Made by a program: the position numbers and the translations under genes. Under the pieces are notes generated by a model. The model was not told the origin of the DNA. It saw only the letters and a program-made list of their open reading frames with translations, and searched no databases. From the sequence record AP017925.1: a DNA stretch of 64,000 nucleotides, one strand, 5' to 3'. Every line of letters starts with the position of its first letter. Position 1 is the first letter of the stretch. Positions 28,148 through 38,619 of the stretch are shown one piece after another.

Positions 28148-29032
28148 TTACGGCGTGGTCAGGCCATTGGTGATGCTGCCATCAACCGCCGACAGAGCGT
28201 ACAGCGGTTCATTGACACCAACGTCCATCTCGATCGATACACCGGTGTTGGTTTGCAGCAGCGGGTTGTAGACGGCCACGTGAGCAGCAATCTGGCAACC
28301 AATCACTTCTGCGAACTGGAACGAACCACCACCATAAGCCGGTGCGTTGATCATCTTGTCAACGCCAGTGCACAGACCCAGTTCCGATACGATCGCATAG
28401 CGCTCGTCGTCGTAGATCACCTTGGCCACGTTCAGCATTTCAGCCACGTCCTGTTCGGTCATGGCGATCTGCATACGAGCACGGGCCGACACGTAGTCAG
28501 CATTGATCACGTTGGTCGCAGTGTTGGAAAGTTGCTGCGGCGTCGGCGTCAGGTTAGCCTGCGTCGGCACGAAGTTGGTGACGGTAGCGATACCGTCTTG
28601 CACCTGGGTGTAGTACATGCCCACCGACAGGTTGCTCTTGTCCAGACGACGACCGTAGTAAGCGTAGTACACCACGCCATTGCGGGTTTCTTGACGACGC
28701 AGAACATACTTGGCGCGATCAATGGCGGTCAGGTCTTGGTTGACTTCGCGCAGCACGAAAGGCAGCTGACCAAACAGGCCGGCGTCGGTAGCGCGGTGTT
28801 GTACCACTTCGTTGAGCGCGATACCGTCGGTGCCTACGATCATCGAGTGACCACGGTTACCCCAGACGTAGTAGCCCAGACTCGGGCGATCGTCCACAGC
28901 CGGCAGAGTGTCCTTCTGAACACTCAGGTATTCGTTCAGTGTCGTGTACTGCGGATAGGTCTGCGGCAGGCCCAGCAGCAGGCTGGTCATGACATCGGCG
29001 CCGTAAACGGTACGGGTTACGTTATTGTCCAC
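28148..29032 (-). CDS. Conserved jumbo-phage virion structural protein
   Basis: GTG start; GNRGH and YYGRRL motifs; in the structural block. Confidence 0.55.
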   Translation of the reverse strand: MDNNVTRTVYGADVMTSLLLGLPQTYPQYTTLNEYLSVQKDTLPAVDDRPSLGYYVWGNRGHSMIVGTDGIALNEVVQHRATDAGLFGQLPFVLREVNQDLTAIDRAKYVLRRQETRNGVVYYAYYGRRLDKSNLSVGMYYTQVQDGIATVTNFVPTQANLTPTPQQLSNTATNVINADYVSARARMQIAMTEQDVAEMLNVAKVIYDDERYAIVSELGLCTGVDKMINAPAYGGGSFQFAEVIGCQIAAHVAVYNPLLQTNTGVSIEMDVGVNEPLYALSAVDGSITNGLTTP

Positions 29033-29110
29033 TTGAAATCCTCAAATCTTAAATAGGAAGGAGGTTGGCCGGCGCTATGTCCGGCCACTACACAATAAAA
29101 GGGCGTGTAA

Positions 29111-31357
29111 TTACTGACTTGACACTGCCCAAGTATCGACGTAACTGGCCAGTTGGGTATCCAGCGGCAGTGCTAGGAACTTCTCCATACCAGGAACAAT
29201 GGTGAGGTTACGCGGGTTGCTCACACCAGTCATGTCAACCAAACAGTCGTAGGTGTTTTCGACTTCTAAGCGACGACCGATACGCATAAACGGAATAGGA
29301 TTCCCGTTGTCATCTTTTCTAGCACGACCAAACTCCGCGTTCGGTAGATTAACCGGCATGCTCCGTGAAGTATCGCGACGATTGACATACATCACCGGAA
29401 ACTTATTGATGTCCAGCAACCGTTCAGCAAAACCTTGCGTCGAGATATCAGACGGCTCGACAAACGGAGTGTCCATGTAAATCCGCTGACTCGTATTGAG
29501 ATCGAGATCATCCAGACGAACCTGGGTAAAGCCCGCATTCAGCACCGGTCCCGTGTTGATGTTCAGGCCGATTTGGATACTGTAGCTCGACAGATCAGTC
29601 AGAATACCAGCCATAGCGCGCTGGATATCCTTGAGCGTAATCGTTGCGTTCAGATTCGCACCGGTGGCTTCCGCTAGGATGATGTTGGCGACCTCCAACA
29701 GCTGAGTGTTGTTCAGATACTTGATCACAATGTTGCGGGAAGCGAACCACTCCGCGTAATTCTGATTCGGATGATCACCAATCGTGAACTTCTCATCACC
29801 CCAGAGCCGTGCTACCGCAGCTTCTTTCTGACCGCGAGCCGTCATGCCCTCTTCCAGTGCTGTCAGGCCGTACTGCTCGTTTGCAGCGTTGAAGAGATTC
29901 ACGCAGTGGCGACGGAAAGACTCCACCGAGATCATCGGCGTAACTGGCGGCATCGTAGCACGAGCCGCAGCCAGCCAACCATCCGGTACAAACTTCGGCT
30001 GACACACTTGACGCATGGAGTCCAGCGAAGCCAGCGGGATTCGCATCACACGGTTCGCATATACCGTCGGCAGGTTATCGATCTCGAAACCCAGACCCTT
30101 CATGAACGCATAAGCGTAGAAAGCAAAAGCATCGATTGGCGACAATGACAGCCGGACACCAGTCGACGGAATCGTGAAGTTGATGTAGGCTTGGTAGTAA
30201 CCTTTATAAGCCAGCCACAACCAGTGTTGTAGAACGATATCGGCCATCCGATACTTCTCGGAGTCCGTGTAGTCCACCACGGTCGATTGCAACAGCTTGG
30301 TCGGGACATGCGGCAGCAATGTGTAAGTCGCGGTCTCTTCAATCTTCGGCTGTTCGTCGTCACGGTAATCGTGGTTGATCGGATTGATCAGGTCCTCGAT
30401 ATCCAGCACCTCGTTCAGACTGTAATGGTCTTTGTTGTCGATGTTGGCCGAAGTATTGAGCGGCTTCTTCTCGAATACCACCAGCGGCAACAGACTTTCA
30501 GTCGGCATCAGTTCAGACGAATGCAGCAACGAGAAATGCCCCATCGGCAAACGACGCTCCGTGAACGTGCGCTGTAGCAGCTCATCGAAGATTTCCTGAC
30601 GACCGTTGTTGTTCTCGATAAAGGCCAGATTGTGATAGAAGAACATCGCCTGGCTGCGAGACATATATGGCAGGTACTTATCGAGCTTGGAGTGGCTGGC
30701 CAGATACTGCTGCACGTGGTAGCTGTGCACCTCATGCGTAAACGTCATGCTGGCTCGGATGTTCTCGATGGCACCGGGTAACGATGCATACAGCACCGCC
30801 AACATCCCGGTCAGGTACAGGTTGTCGGTGTTCTGGTATTGGATGTTGTTCCAACGACGATAGAAGCCATTGATCCAATCTTGCAGCGCCGGAATCAGAC
30901 TCGGTTCGTTGTCTTCTACCAGACTAGCCGGGTAAGCGAGGATCTGGCCGTCGTATGCAGCAATAGCCGTCGCCATATCAGCTGGATACAGAATCCCTCG
31001 AATCAGGTTTTCCTGATCGGGGTACTTCTCGACCAATTCTTTGTAGTATGTTGTGCCAAAGGCATAAGCCTTCTTTGTGGCGCGGTGAAATTCCAGATTT
31101 TCCTTGGAAAAGATGATCTCCTCCAAGCTATCGAGCGAGGTAATGGACATTACTTCGTCGCTTGCAAAATACTGACCAGTAATGTTCAGGTAGTATTTCC
31201 AAGTGCTGGGGTCGAGTTCGTCATAACTCGCATTCGTGTACGTCAACACCCATTGGTTAATCGACTTCGCCGCGTCCTCGCATTTCAACACGATGCTGGA
31301 AGCCAAATCGAAAATGTCATTGACGTAGATTTGGTAGTATTTGTTTTCCACTTCCAT
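29111..31357 (-). CDS. Large virion structural protein (baseplate-associated?)
   Basis: 748 aa; N-terminal D..DPSTWKYYLNITGQY motif recalled from phiKZ-like phages; divergent from the portal-like gene. Confidence 0.55.
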   Translation of the reverse strand: MEVENKYYQIYVNDIFDLASSIVLKCEDAAKSINQWVLTYTNASYDELDPSTWKYYLNITGQYFASDEVMSITSLDSLEEIIFSKENLEFHRATKKAYAFGTTYYKELVEKYPDQENLIRGILYPADMATAIAAYDGQILAYPASLVEDNEPSLIPALQDWINGFYRRWNNIQYQNTDNLYLTGMLAVLYASLPGAIENIRASMTFTHEVHSYHVQQYLASHSKLDKYLPYMSRSQAMFFYHNLAFIENNNGRQEIFDELLQRTFTERRLPMGHFSLLHSSELMPTESLLPLVVFEKKPLNTSANIDNKDHYSLNEVLDIEDLINPINHDYRDDEQPKIEETATYTLLPHVPTKLLQSTVVDYTDSEKYRMADIVLQHWLWLAYKGYYQAYINFTIPSTGVRLSLSPIDAFAFYAYAFMKGLGFEIDNLPTVYANRVMRIPLASLDSMRQVCQPKFVPDGWLAAARATMPPVTPMISVESFRRHCVNLFNAANEQYGLTALEEGMTARGQKEAAVARLWGDEKFTIGDHPNQNYAEWFASRNIVIKYLNNTQLLEVANIILAEATGANLNATITLKDIQRAMAGILTDLSSYSIQIGLNINTGPVLNAGFTQVRLDDLDLNTSQRIYMDTPFVEPSDISTQGFAERLLDINKFPVMYVNRRDTSRSMPVNLPNAEFGRARKDDNGNPIPFMRIGRRLEVENTYDCLVDMTGVSNPRNLTIVPGMEKFLALPLDTQLASYVDTWAVSSQ

Positions 31358-31385
31358 CCACCTATTCAGTTCGCAGGATTCTTAA

Positions 31386-34250
31386 ATGTCTAAAGGTAAC
31401 GAAAATTTCGCCCATGTCGTGAGTCTTCACGAAAGCAGGAAACGAGTGCCTGTCTTGCAGCTGGTACGAGACAAACCGCTGTCGGCACTGCTGTCGAAAG
31501 CTGTTGACCCCACGATCCCGGTCCAGCATACGGCCAACGGAACTCGTAAAGTCGAAGCACCCAGCTTGGGTGCGTTGCACAACATTGCGTCCCGTACGGC
31601 TAATAACATCTCGCACGCCGACACCGTGATGCAGATGCTGCCGGACATGCAGCTCGGCGCACAAATTCTGGTCAGCTCGGTGATGGCACCGAAGGACATG
31701 ATGACGTTGGAGCTGTCGTACTCGACGACTCCCGGCATACTGCCTCCGACGGTCCTGGCTACGGTCACCCAGGCCGTGCGCGATCATTTCGATAGCGTCT
31801 ATAAAATTAAGAACAAGATTCCTCGTGTTCTGCACGAGATTCTGTTCGAGAAGGGTTCGCACGTTGTCGCTGTGATTCCTGAGAACTCCATCGACGAGAT
31901 GATCAACCGCAGCAACGCGATCTCGATGGAAGCCTTCCAAGAAGCCCTCGGTGTTCCGCGCGGCACTCCGCTGTCGGCTAAAGATGCACTCGGCGCAGGC
32001 CTGGGCTTCCTCGGCGCTGGTTCCGGTGGCTATAAGGAAGGCACCAAGACCAAGACTCGTCCTGGTTTGGAATCCATGACCTTCGGCGTTGGCATCGAGA
32101 GTCTGGAAAGCACATACCAGTCGTACTCGGTCAACCAGCACGAATTCTCGCAGGCAGTGCATTACGAGTCTTCTGACGGTAAGTTCTCGGCTCTGGAAGG
32201 TCTGTACGTGACGGATAACCCGAACGTGCTGCGTATTCCGAAGATCGAGGAGAAGCTGCGTCGTGACACGATCAATGCCAAGATGCGCTTCAACAACACC
32301 TCGCTGGCATTGGAAGCGTTGGGTGCTAGTCAGATCAAGCTCGATGACCGCAGCCTGAAGAACTTGATCTACAAGCCACGTAAGCGTGGTGTAGAGCCAC
32401 TGCAAGCTTTCAAGACCGAAAATCAGCTGAACCGTCGTTCGGTGGGTCATCCGCTGGTGATGGAGTTGCCTCCGGAGTCTGTGATTCCGGTATGTACACC
32501 AGGTCAGGAAGATCGCCACGTTGGCTACTTCGTGTTGCTGGATCAAACTGGTAACCCGGTCAAGGCCATGAACGAGAAAGACTCGTTCGGTGAGATGTCG
32601 GCTAAGCTGATGAAGGCGTCGAATCAGACGACCAACATTGTCAACCGGTTGCGTCAACTGACGGAAGGCCTGCAGTGTTCGGAACAGGAATACACGGACG
32701 TGATGGTGCGTGTGTATGCTGATATGGTGGAGCAAGACCTGCTCGCCCGGCTGCGTAACGGCGTCTATGCGAACTCGGTGTCGCTGGCCAAGAACACAGA
32801 CTACTACCGCGTGATGTTGTCGCGTGTATTGGCTCAACAGAGCACCACGATCCTGTTCATGCCGGCAGATATGGTGACTTACTTCGCCCGTAAGTACAAC
32901 CAATACGGCATCGGTGTCTCCATTCTCGATGAGATGAAGATCCTGAGCAACATGCGTGCAATCGCGATGATGGGTAACACCATCCTCGGCATCAAGAACT
33001 CGATTCCGCGTACTCAGGTAAGTCTGCAGATCGACGAGACCGATCCTGATCCGTACAAGACGTCGGAAGTGGTGCTGAACGAAATCGCTCGCATCAACCA
33101 GACTGCTGTGCCGTTCGGTGCTTCGGCTCCGGTGGACATTGCCGACTACTTCCAGCGCGCACAGTACCAAGTGCGCGTAACCGGTCACCCTGCCATTCCG
33201 GAAACGAACATCGAGTACGAGGAGAAAAGCTCCAACTACCAGAAGGTCGATACGGATCTGGAAAAGAGCCTGCAGGAGCGTGCGCTGATGGCGATGGGCC
33301 TGAATGCCGACCACATCAACAACGGCTTCAATCAGGAGACCGCAACTTCGGTTGTGGCCAACAACCTGATGCTCTCGCGCCGCGTGATGACCATTCAGGA
33401 TCAGGTCAATCCGCACATCACGGACTACCATCGCAAGATCATCCGTGCAGATGAAATCCTTCAGGAAGAACTGCGTGAGATTCTGTTCAACGCTTACGAC
33501 GAACTCGAAGTTGATGAGGAAGAAATCGCTAAGGCGCTGGGTGAAGAGCATAAAGCAAACATCAAGCAACTCGTGATTCACCACATCATCAACGATTTCG
33601 TGGAAGGTCTGGAAGTGACCCTGCCGCGCCCGAATACGGCGACGGTTGACAACCAGATGACTGCGCTGAATAACTACACCGATCTGCTCGACAAAGCAAT
33701 CGAAGCCTACCTGTCGGAAGACTTCTTCACTGATGAACTCGGCGGCGAACTCAGCCGTAACGTCGATAGCATCAAGAAGATGATCCGCGCACACTTCATC
33801 CGTCAGTTCATGGCGGAGAATGCAATCCTGCCTGAATTGGCAGCGATGGTGACTCTGAACGAGCAGGACGAGCCGGAAATCAACCTGTGGGAAACTCAGG
33901 CTGAGCTGATGAAGAAACTGATGTTGACCTTGTCTGGTTTCATGAAGAAGATTCAGAAGACTAAGCAAGACACCAACGAAGTGATGGATCGTCTGAATCA
34001 GACGTCTGGCGATCCTGATGGTGGTAGTGGCGGTGGAAGCGATTGGGGCGGTGGAGGCAGTAGCGAAACCGAGCCCGATGGTGGCGCGGCAGGTTCCGAT
34101 CCGCTCGGCGGTGATGGTATGGACTTCCCGGGTCTGGACGATCCTACCTTGACTGATGGTGCCGATGCTGGCGCTGGTGCTGGTGCTGGTGGTGAACCGG
34201 AAGCTCCTAAAGGTCCGGAAGCTCCTGAGTCTGAGGAACCGACGCTATGA
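31386..34250 (+). CDS. Probable portal protein (phiKZ gp129-like)
   Basis: 954 aa; N-terminal A/L-x-E protease-type sites; GHPLVMELPPESVIPV motif; acidic Gly-rich C-terminal tail. Assignment mainly from synteny and size. Confidence 0.55.
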   Translation: MSKGNENFAHVVSLHESRKRVPVLQLVRDKPLSALLSKAVDPTIPVQHTANGTRKVEAPSLGALHNIASRTANNISHADTVMQMLPDMQLGAQILVSSVMAPKDMMTLELSYSTTPGILPPTVLATVTQAVRDHFDSVYKIKNKIPRVLHEILFEKGSHVVAVIPENSIDEMINRSNAISMEAFQEALGVPRGTPLSAKDALGAGLGFLGAGSGGYKEGTKTKTRPGLESMTFGVGIESLESTYQSYSVNQHEFSQAVHYESSDGKFSALEGLYVTDNPNVLRIPKIEEKLRRDTINAKMRFNNTSLALEALGASQIKLDDRSLKNLIYKPRKRGVEPLQAFKTENQLNRRSVGHPLVMELPPESVIPVCTPGQEDRHVGYFVLLDQTGNPVKAMNEKDSFGEMSAKLMKASNQTTNIVNRLRQLTEGLQCSEQEYTDVMVRVYADMVEQDLLARLRNGVYANSVSLAKNTDYYRVMLSRVLAQQSTTILFMPADMVTYFARKYNQYGIGVSILDEMKILSNMRAIAMMGNTILGIKNSIPRTQVSLQIDETDPDPYKTSEVVLNEIARINQTAVPFGASAPVDIADYFQRAQYQVRVTGHPAIPETNIEYEEKSSNYQKVDTDLEKSLQERALMAMGLNADHINNGFNQETATSVVANNLMLSRRVMTIQDQVNPHITDYHRKIIRADEILQEELREILFNAYDELEVDEEEIAKALGEEHKANIKQLVIHHIINDFVEGLEVTLPRPNTATVDNQMTALNNYTDLLDKAIEAYLSEDFFTDELGGELSRNVDSIKKMIRAHFIRQFMAENAILPELAAMVTLNEQDEPEINLWETQAELMKKLMLTLSGFMKKIQKTKQDTNEVMDRLNQTSGDPDGGSGGGSDWGGGGSSETEPDGGAAGSDPLGGDGMDFPGLDDPTLTDGADAGAGAGAGGEPEAPKGPEAPESEEPTL

Positions 34251-34471
34251 GTGCGGTCGCCCTTCTTCTAGGATCGATCTTCCTGTTCCTAGGTATCCGT
34301 ATTTCCATGGATGCGAAGGTACTCCACATGTTGGGGTTCCGGCGTGAAGGGAAATGGATGGCCCATGCAGCTTTGGCAATGGCTGTGTTGGGATTCGTGT
34401 TTTGGAATGCTGGATCGCCCAAACCGAGTATCGTCACTGCTTCTGCGTCTGAAACCTATTTGCTTAGGTGA
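34247..34471 (+). CDS. Small membrane protein
   Basis: Two hydrophobic segments; ATGA overlap with the portal-like gene. Confidence 0.55.
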   Translation: MSAVALLLGSIFLFLGIRISMDAKVLHMLGFRREGKWMAHAALAMAVLGFVFWNAGSPKPSIVTASASETYLLR

Positions 34472-34492
34472 AGGCAAAAAAAAAAAGATGAC

Positions 34493-34540
34493 GACATAAG
34501 AGCGAGAGGACCCATCAGGGTCCTCTCGCTTTTTATGCCG
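34493..34540. terminator. Bidirectional terminator with GACATAA/TTATGCCG flanks
   Basis: AGCGAGAGGACCC-ATCA-GGGTCCTCTCGCT stem. Confidence 0.85.
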
Positions 34541-34691
34541 CCACTCAAAGATTGGCTTTTCCCCTAAAGGGATTGGGTGGAAGAGTACAACTGGATGGTG
34601 GTGGAACTCCTAATGGGTTAGGGCTAGCGTAAATCCATCCGGAACTAAGGCAGGCTCCTACACCCGTCATCCTACCTTAGTTCTCTTTTAT

Positions 34692-36812
34692 TTACGCAGC
34701 TTTCGCTTCCTTGGACAGGAGGAAGCAGTCTTTGTTCAGCATGCCTTGGTGCAGGCGATAGCGAACGTTGTCCTTGGTGATGAGGAATTGCTCCGAGTTG
34801 GGTTGATTGCCGATGGCTTTCTCGAACGTGCTGCGAGCGATCTGATGCAGAGCACCCAGCGAGTCAGCCTGGATCACGGCAGCGCCTTTGGTCGGTACGC
34901 CGATGGCTAGTTCATTGTCCGTGTAGTTCACCCACACGGCGCAGATGTTGCGCTGCAAGAACAGCACGCGAGCGAGCACTGCATCGCTCAGTTCTTCGTT
35001 GCCCTCCGAGATCAGCACGGCTTGTGCATGATGCACGGCAGTCGGGTCGGTAGCCGGCACGACATGCACGTTGTTTTGCAGGATTGCAGTTTGCGTTGCA
35101 CGCAGCTTTTCGGCAAACAGGGCGCCGTAGTGCTGTTCGACCGCAGCCACGATTGCCGGACCGTCTTCGGAGAAGTCCGAGATACGGATGCCGACACCCA
35201 TTTCGCAGTCAGTTGCACGGTTGACGGCCTGGGTGAGCAGGTCATTCACCAGCTTGCGTGCCAGCGGATCGCGGATCTTGCCGATGTAGCTGGCTGCTTC
35301 CGCGAAGTCCTTGCTGCTGGAGATTGCCTTGATCACGATAGCATCTTCGGCAGCATCGTCAGCCGATGCGTAGACCACTGCCGAATTCACTTGCGAGCGA
35401 CGAGCGTAGGCATCCGGCACCGATTCGCTCATCTCGGCCGTGAGGCGAGTCGTGCGGATCGAGCTGTCCACGTCTTCTTCAGCGCAGAACTTGTCTGCGA
35501 TGATGACGTTGACGGTCACTTTGTCTGCCGGCGCATACAGCACCTTGGCCTTTTCACTTACCGGGCGTTGCGGTACAGCCGGGTCCGGTTGGCCCTTGGT
35601 CGGGTCGATCGCGTGTGCTTCATAATTCATGGCAATTTCCTTTTGCTCCTGGGTCAGTTCTTGCAGAACAGCAATGATCAGACTGTCCTGCTTGGTTTCA
35701 AAATAACGCACGGTGTGGGTACGTTTGCACCATGCCGGATGGAAGCGCTGCAGGCGACTCGGCTTCCATGCTTCCGCACCGTCTTTGCGCTCACGGATAA
35801 CATCCACCACTTCATCGCCCATCTGGACGCTGAACAACGGCTTCTGCTCGACCGGAGCCGGCGCTTCAGTAACGGTGGTTTCCAGCGGCTTGCTGAAATC
35901 CGTTACGTCGCTGTCGAACTTCGCTGCGGCGCTACGTGCAGCTTCGTCCACCGGCGGCTGGCTAGCCGTCGGGTTCGGACGGCGCATACGTGCTTGGTAA
36001 CTCGACATCGCATGAGTCGGTTCACCCTCCGTATTCACCAGACCGCTTTCTTTCAATGCATCTTGCATTGCTCCTTCCACCTTGCCGAAAATCTTCTCGG
36101 CTCGGCGACCGTAACGACCATGGCGCTGGCCAGCGTCGTTGTTGTAACGACTCTGAGTCACGCCGTATTCGCTACCAGTGCTTTCCACAAACGCACCAGC
36201 ACCCTGACCGCGCAGCGCGCGAGCATCGCGCAGAGCTTCCTGCGTCGAGCCACTCACCGTACCGAAACCACCGCCGCCACTGCCAGTACCCATCTGGCTG
36301 AACGGCACGTACGCGACTTGGTTCTGAGCCAGCGCGATCAGGTAGTTCCAGATCTCAGCGTTCTCACGAACAGCCGCTTGTTCTTGCGGCGGCAGCGAAG
36401 CCATGAACTGCGGATCTTCAGCGGCCATGGCCGAACCGCAGCACTTCACAGCACGAGCGATCGTGGTGTTGGCTGCAATGTCCAGGTTGCGCCATTCACC
36501 GGCTTGGACACCATAACCCATACGCATGATGATGGTGTAGACCAGGTCTTCGAAGCTCTTGTTGTTGAACGCGTTGTCCGAGATCACCTCGAACATGCCG
36601 ACGCGCAGCGGGTGACCGCGCAGCGCTTGCTGCTGGATCTCGTTGATGGTCATCAGTGCGATCTGCGGCGTAGCCTGGTCGTACGGTTGCCCGATCTGGA
36701 AGTTCCAGTTCTGGAACTGGACGCCGATCTGGTTGACGTCGTAGATTTCAACTTGGGGAGCCTGTTGCTGTTGACCGCGGGTGAACATCCCGGTTTGGTG
36801 CGAATGTTGCAT
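34692..36812 (-). CDS. Conserved jumbo-phage protein (706 aa)
   Basis: Long ORF with strong codon bias downstream of the nvRNAP subunit; no catalytic motif recognised. Confidence 0.7.
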   Translation of the reverse strand: MQHSHQTGMFTRGQQQQAPQVEIYDVNQIGVQFQNWNFQIGQPYDQATPQIALMTINEIQQQALRGHPLRVGMFEVISDNAFNNKSFEDLVYTIIMRMGYGVQAGEWRNLDIAANTTIARAVKCCGSAMAAEDPQFMASLPPQEQAAVRENAEIWNYLIALAQNQVAYVPFSQMGTGSGGGGFGTVSGSTQEALRDARALRGQGAGAFVESTGSEYGVTQSRYNNDAGQRHGRYGRRAEKIFGKVEGAMQDALKESGLVNTEGEPTHAMSSYQARMRRPNPTASQPPVDEAARSAAAKFDSDVTDFSKPLETTVTEAPAPVEQKPLFSVQMGDEVVDVIRERKDGAEAWKPSRLQRFHPAWCKRTHTVRYFETKQDSLIIAVLQELTQEQKEIAMNYEAHAIDPTKGQPDPAVPQRPVSEKAKVLYAPADKVTVNVIIADKFCAEEDVDSSIRTTRLTAEMSESVPDAYARRSQVNSAVVYASADDAAEDAIVIKAISSSKDFAEAASYIGKIRDPLARKLVNDLLTQAVNRATDCEMGVGIRISDFSEDGPAIVAAVEQHYGALFAEKLRATQTAILQNNVHVVPATDPTAVHHAQAVLISEGNEELSDAVLARVLFLQRNICAVWVNYTDNELAIGVPTKGAAVIQADSLGALHQIARSTFEKAIGNQPNSEQFLITKDNVRYRLHQGMLNKDCFLLSKEAKAA

Positions 36813-36890
36813 GATGTTTTCCTTTAAAGTGTTTATTCAGTAACTGTGGTGAATGTTTCGGCACAAGGCGCGGGTTTCCCCGCGCCTGCT

Positions 36891-38567
36891 TTACTGTTGC
36901 AGCACGGCGCGTGTGGTCAACTCGAACTGAGCGATCATATCCAGCAGATTCTCGAACTTCGGATTCCGCATGATACCAGTGCGCGTGTCATCGAGCAGCA
37001 TGTAGTGGTTGATCTTGCTGCGGCCGTCCGGATCGGACTTCGGCATGCAGCTGATCGCCGCCACTTCTGCAATCGATGGGTGAAGACGACGCGACGGATC
37101 ATTAGCAGTACCACGATCACCTGCCTTCTTGACCATTTTGGATGTTGCGGTCTGAGGAGTCAGGGTCGAGGTGGCTTTGAACGCCATGTTATCGCCGGAG
37201 TAGCTGATCGATGCCACTTCGCCATGCGACTTGCCAAGCTGGTAACACATACCCGGCTTCAGGTTTTCCTTCATGTGCTTTTCGATGTCACGTTCGGTCA
37301 ACTCCTTGCGGGAATTGGCCTTCAGTGCAAAGAACAGATTGAAGATCGCCTTCGTAACGTCAAACAACACGAAGTACAGCACGCTCAACTCTTTGTTGTA
37401 CATGCTGTTGACCTTGTCCTGATTGTTCGACACCCAGAGGGAGAACTTATCCGCGATGATCGCGAAGAAGTCGTAGATGTCGTTGATCTGGAGCCCAATC
37501 TCTGCCATGTTGTCGATCACCATCGAGTCAGCGTAGTCATCCAGAGACGACAAGTGCTTGCGCACTGCTTCTTCGATTTTGCCTCGGTTATTGTTTTCCG
37601 AGAACAACATGTAGCCCATGGGGGCAATCCAACCGTCTGGCGAATTCACCAGGTTCGGCGTGATTTGCCGCGGGAAGTAGTCGGCCACGTAGAACAGTGC
37701 AGCGATGTACGGCAGAACAGCCGGACTATCGTCGCTCTTCTTAATAGCCACCTGAATCTCTGGCGCGCGCCAGTCGATGTACTTCTTACGCCGCGTCATC
37801 CCCTTCGGCGGAATGCCTTGGGTGGTGTAGATGTCCCATTCATTCGGGTCCAGCTCTTGGTCGAGGTGGTTGCCTACCATAGGCGTGATGCCCAGGTATT
37901 TCTCCAGCGTACCAGCAAAGCCGTACTTGCAGAACAGGTAATGCGGCATCGACGTGAAGGCGTTGTTCGTCGCTTGCTTGTCTTTGTCCTTCCGTTGGTG
38001 ATAGATCCGGCTATGCACCAGATCCGTACGAGTCACCTGGCCATTCTTCTTAAACCAAGCACCCAAACGAGAGAACGTCAGGCGGTCGCGCAACAGACGT
38101 ACGAAGATTTGCTCAGTACCCACCGAGATCACGCGATCAGCCAGCACTGGCGAGATAAACCACTTCGTGCCGCTGATATAAATCGAACCACCTTGCCCAA
38201 CGAAGGGCAGATAGATCGGGCGCTTCTGAAGCGGCTTTCCTTGGAAGGAGAAGCTCAGCTCCATGAGGAAGAAGTCGGTACGCGAGGTGTCGTACGTTTT
38301 GCTGCCGGTGTTTTTCTGTCCCGGCGGTGTTTTCACCTTTCGCTTTTTGTTTCGAGGCTTGAGCGAGGCCCGGTATTCCTCGAACGGATCGCAGATACGA
38401 TAGGTATCGTAGGTCAATCCATCAGGGAAACCGTGGGCGGCAGAACGAAGCACTTCGTCGACGTAAGCGCAGACGTGCTTCATGTGCACCCGTGCCAAAC
38501 CACCCGCCAAGTCCATGTTGATCTTGGGAGATCGATCTTCAATGAACTTAACAAGATCAGGATGCAT
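36891..38567 (-). CDS. Non-virion RNA polymerase beta subunit, N-terminal half (phiKZ gp123-like)
   Basis: 558 aa; LPF..QGGSIYISGTKWFISPVL beta-like motif; C-terminal LHPS.AE..PKSDPDGRS.IN; position two genes from the capsid gene. Confidence 0.75.
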   Translation of the reverse strand: MHPDLVKFIEDRSPKINMDLAGGLARVHMKHVCAYVDEVLRSAAHGFPDGLTYDTYRICDPFEEYRASLKPRNKKRKVKTPPGQKNTGSKTYDTSRTDFFLMELSFSFQGKPLQKRPIYLPFVGQGGSIYISGTKWFISPVLADRVISVGTEQIFVRLLRDRLTFSRLGAWFKKNGQVTRTDLVHSRIYHQRKDKDKQATNNAFTSMPHYLFCKYGFAGTLEKYLGITPMVGNHLDQELDPNEWDIYTTQGIPPKGMTRRKKYIDWRAPEIQVAIKKSDDSPAVLPYIAALFYVADYFPRQITPNLVNSPDGWIAPMGYMLFSENNNRGKIEEAVRKHLSSLDDYADSMVIDNMAEIGLQINDIYDFFAIIADKFSLWVSNNQDKVNSMYNKELSVLYFVLFDVTKAIFNLFFALKANSRKELTERDIEKHMKENLKPGMCYQLGKSHGEVASISYSGDNMAFKATSTLTPQTATSKMVKKAGDRGTANDPSRRLHPSIAEVAAISCMPKSDPDGRSKINHYMLLDDTRTGIMRNPKFENLLDMIAQFELTTRAVLQQ

Positions 38568-38619
38568 AGTGACGCTCCAATGAGAGATGGGTTAGTAATC
38601 GATGCGTGTTGAGTGTTGG

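Noticed and set aside
34010-34250. Gly/Ser/Asp/Pro low-complexity stretch
   Set aside because: An ordinary disordered C-terminal tail of the portal-like protein.
31362-38612. Long ORFs 31362-33968 (-), 35022-36827 (+) and 36846-38612 (+)
   Set aside because: Antisense shadows of the portal-like, 706-aa and RNAP genes.
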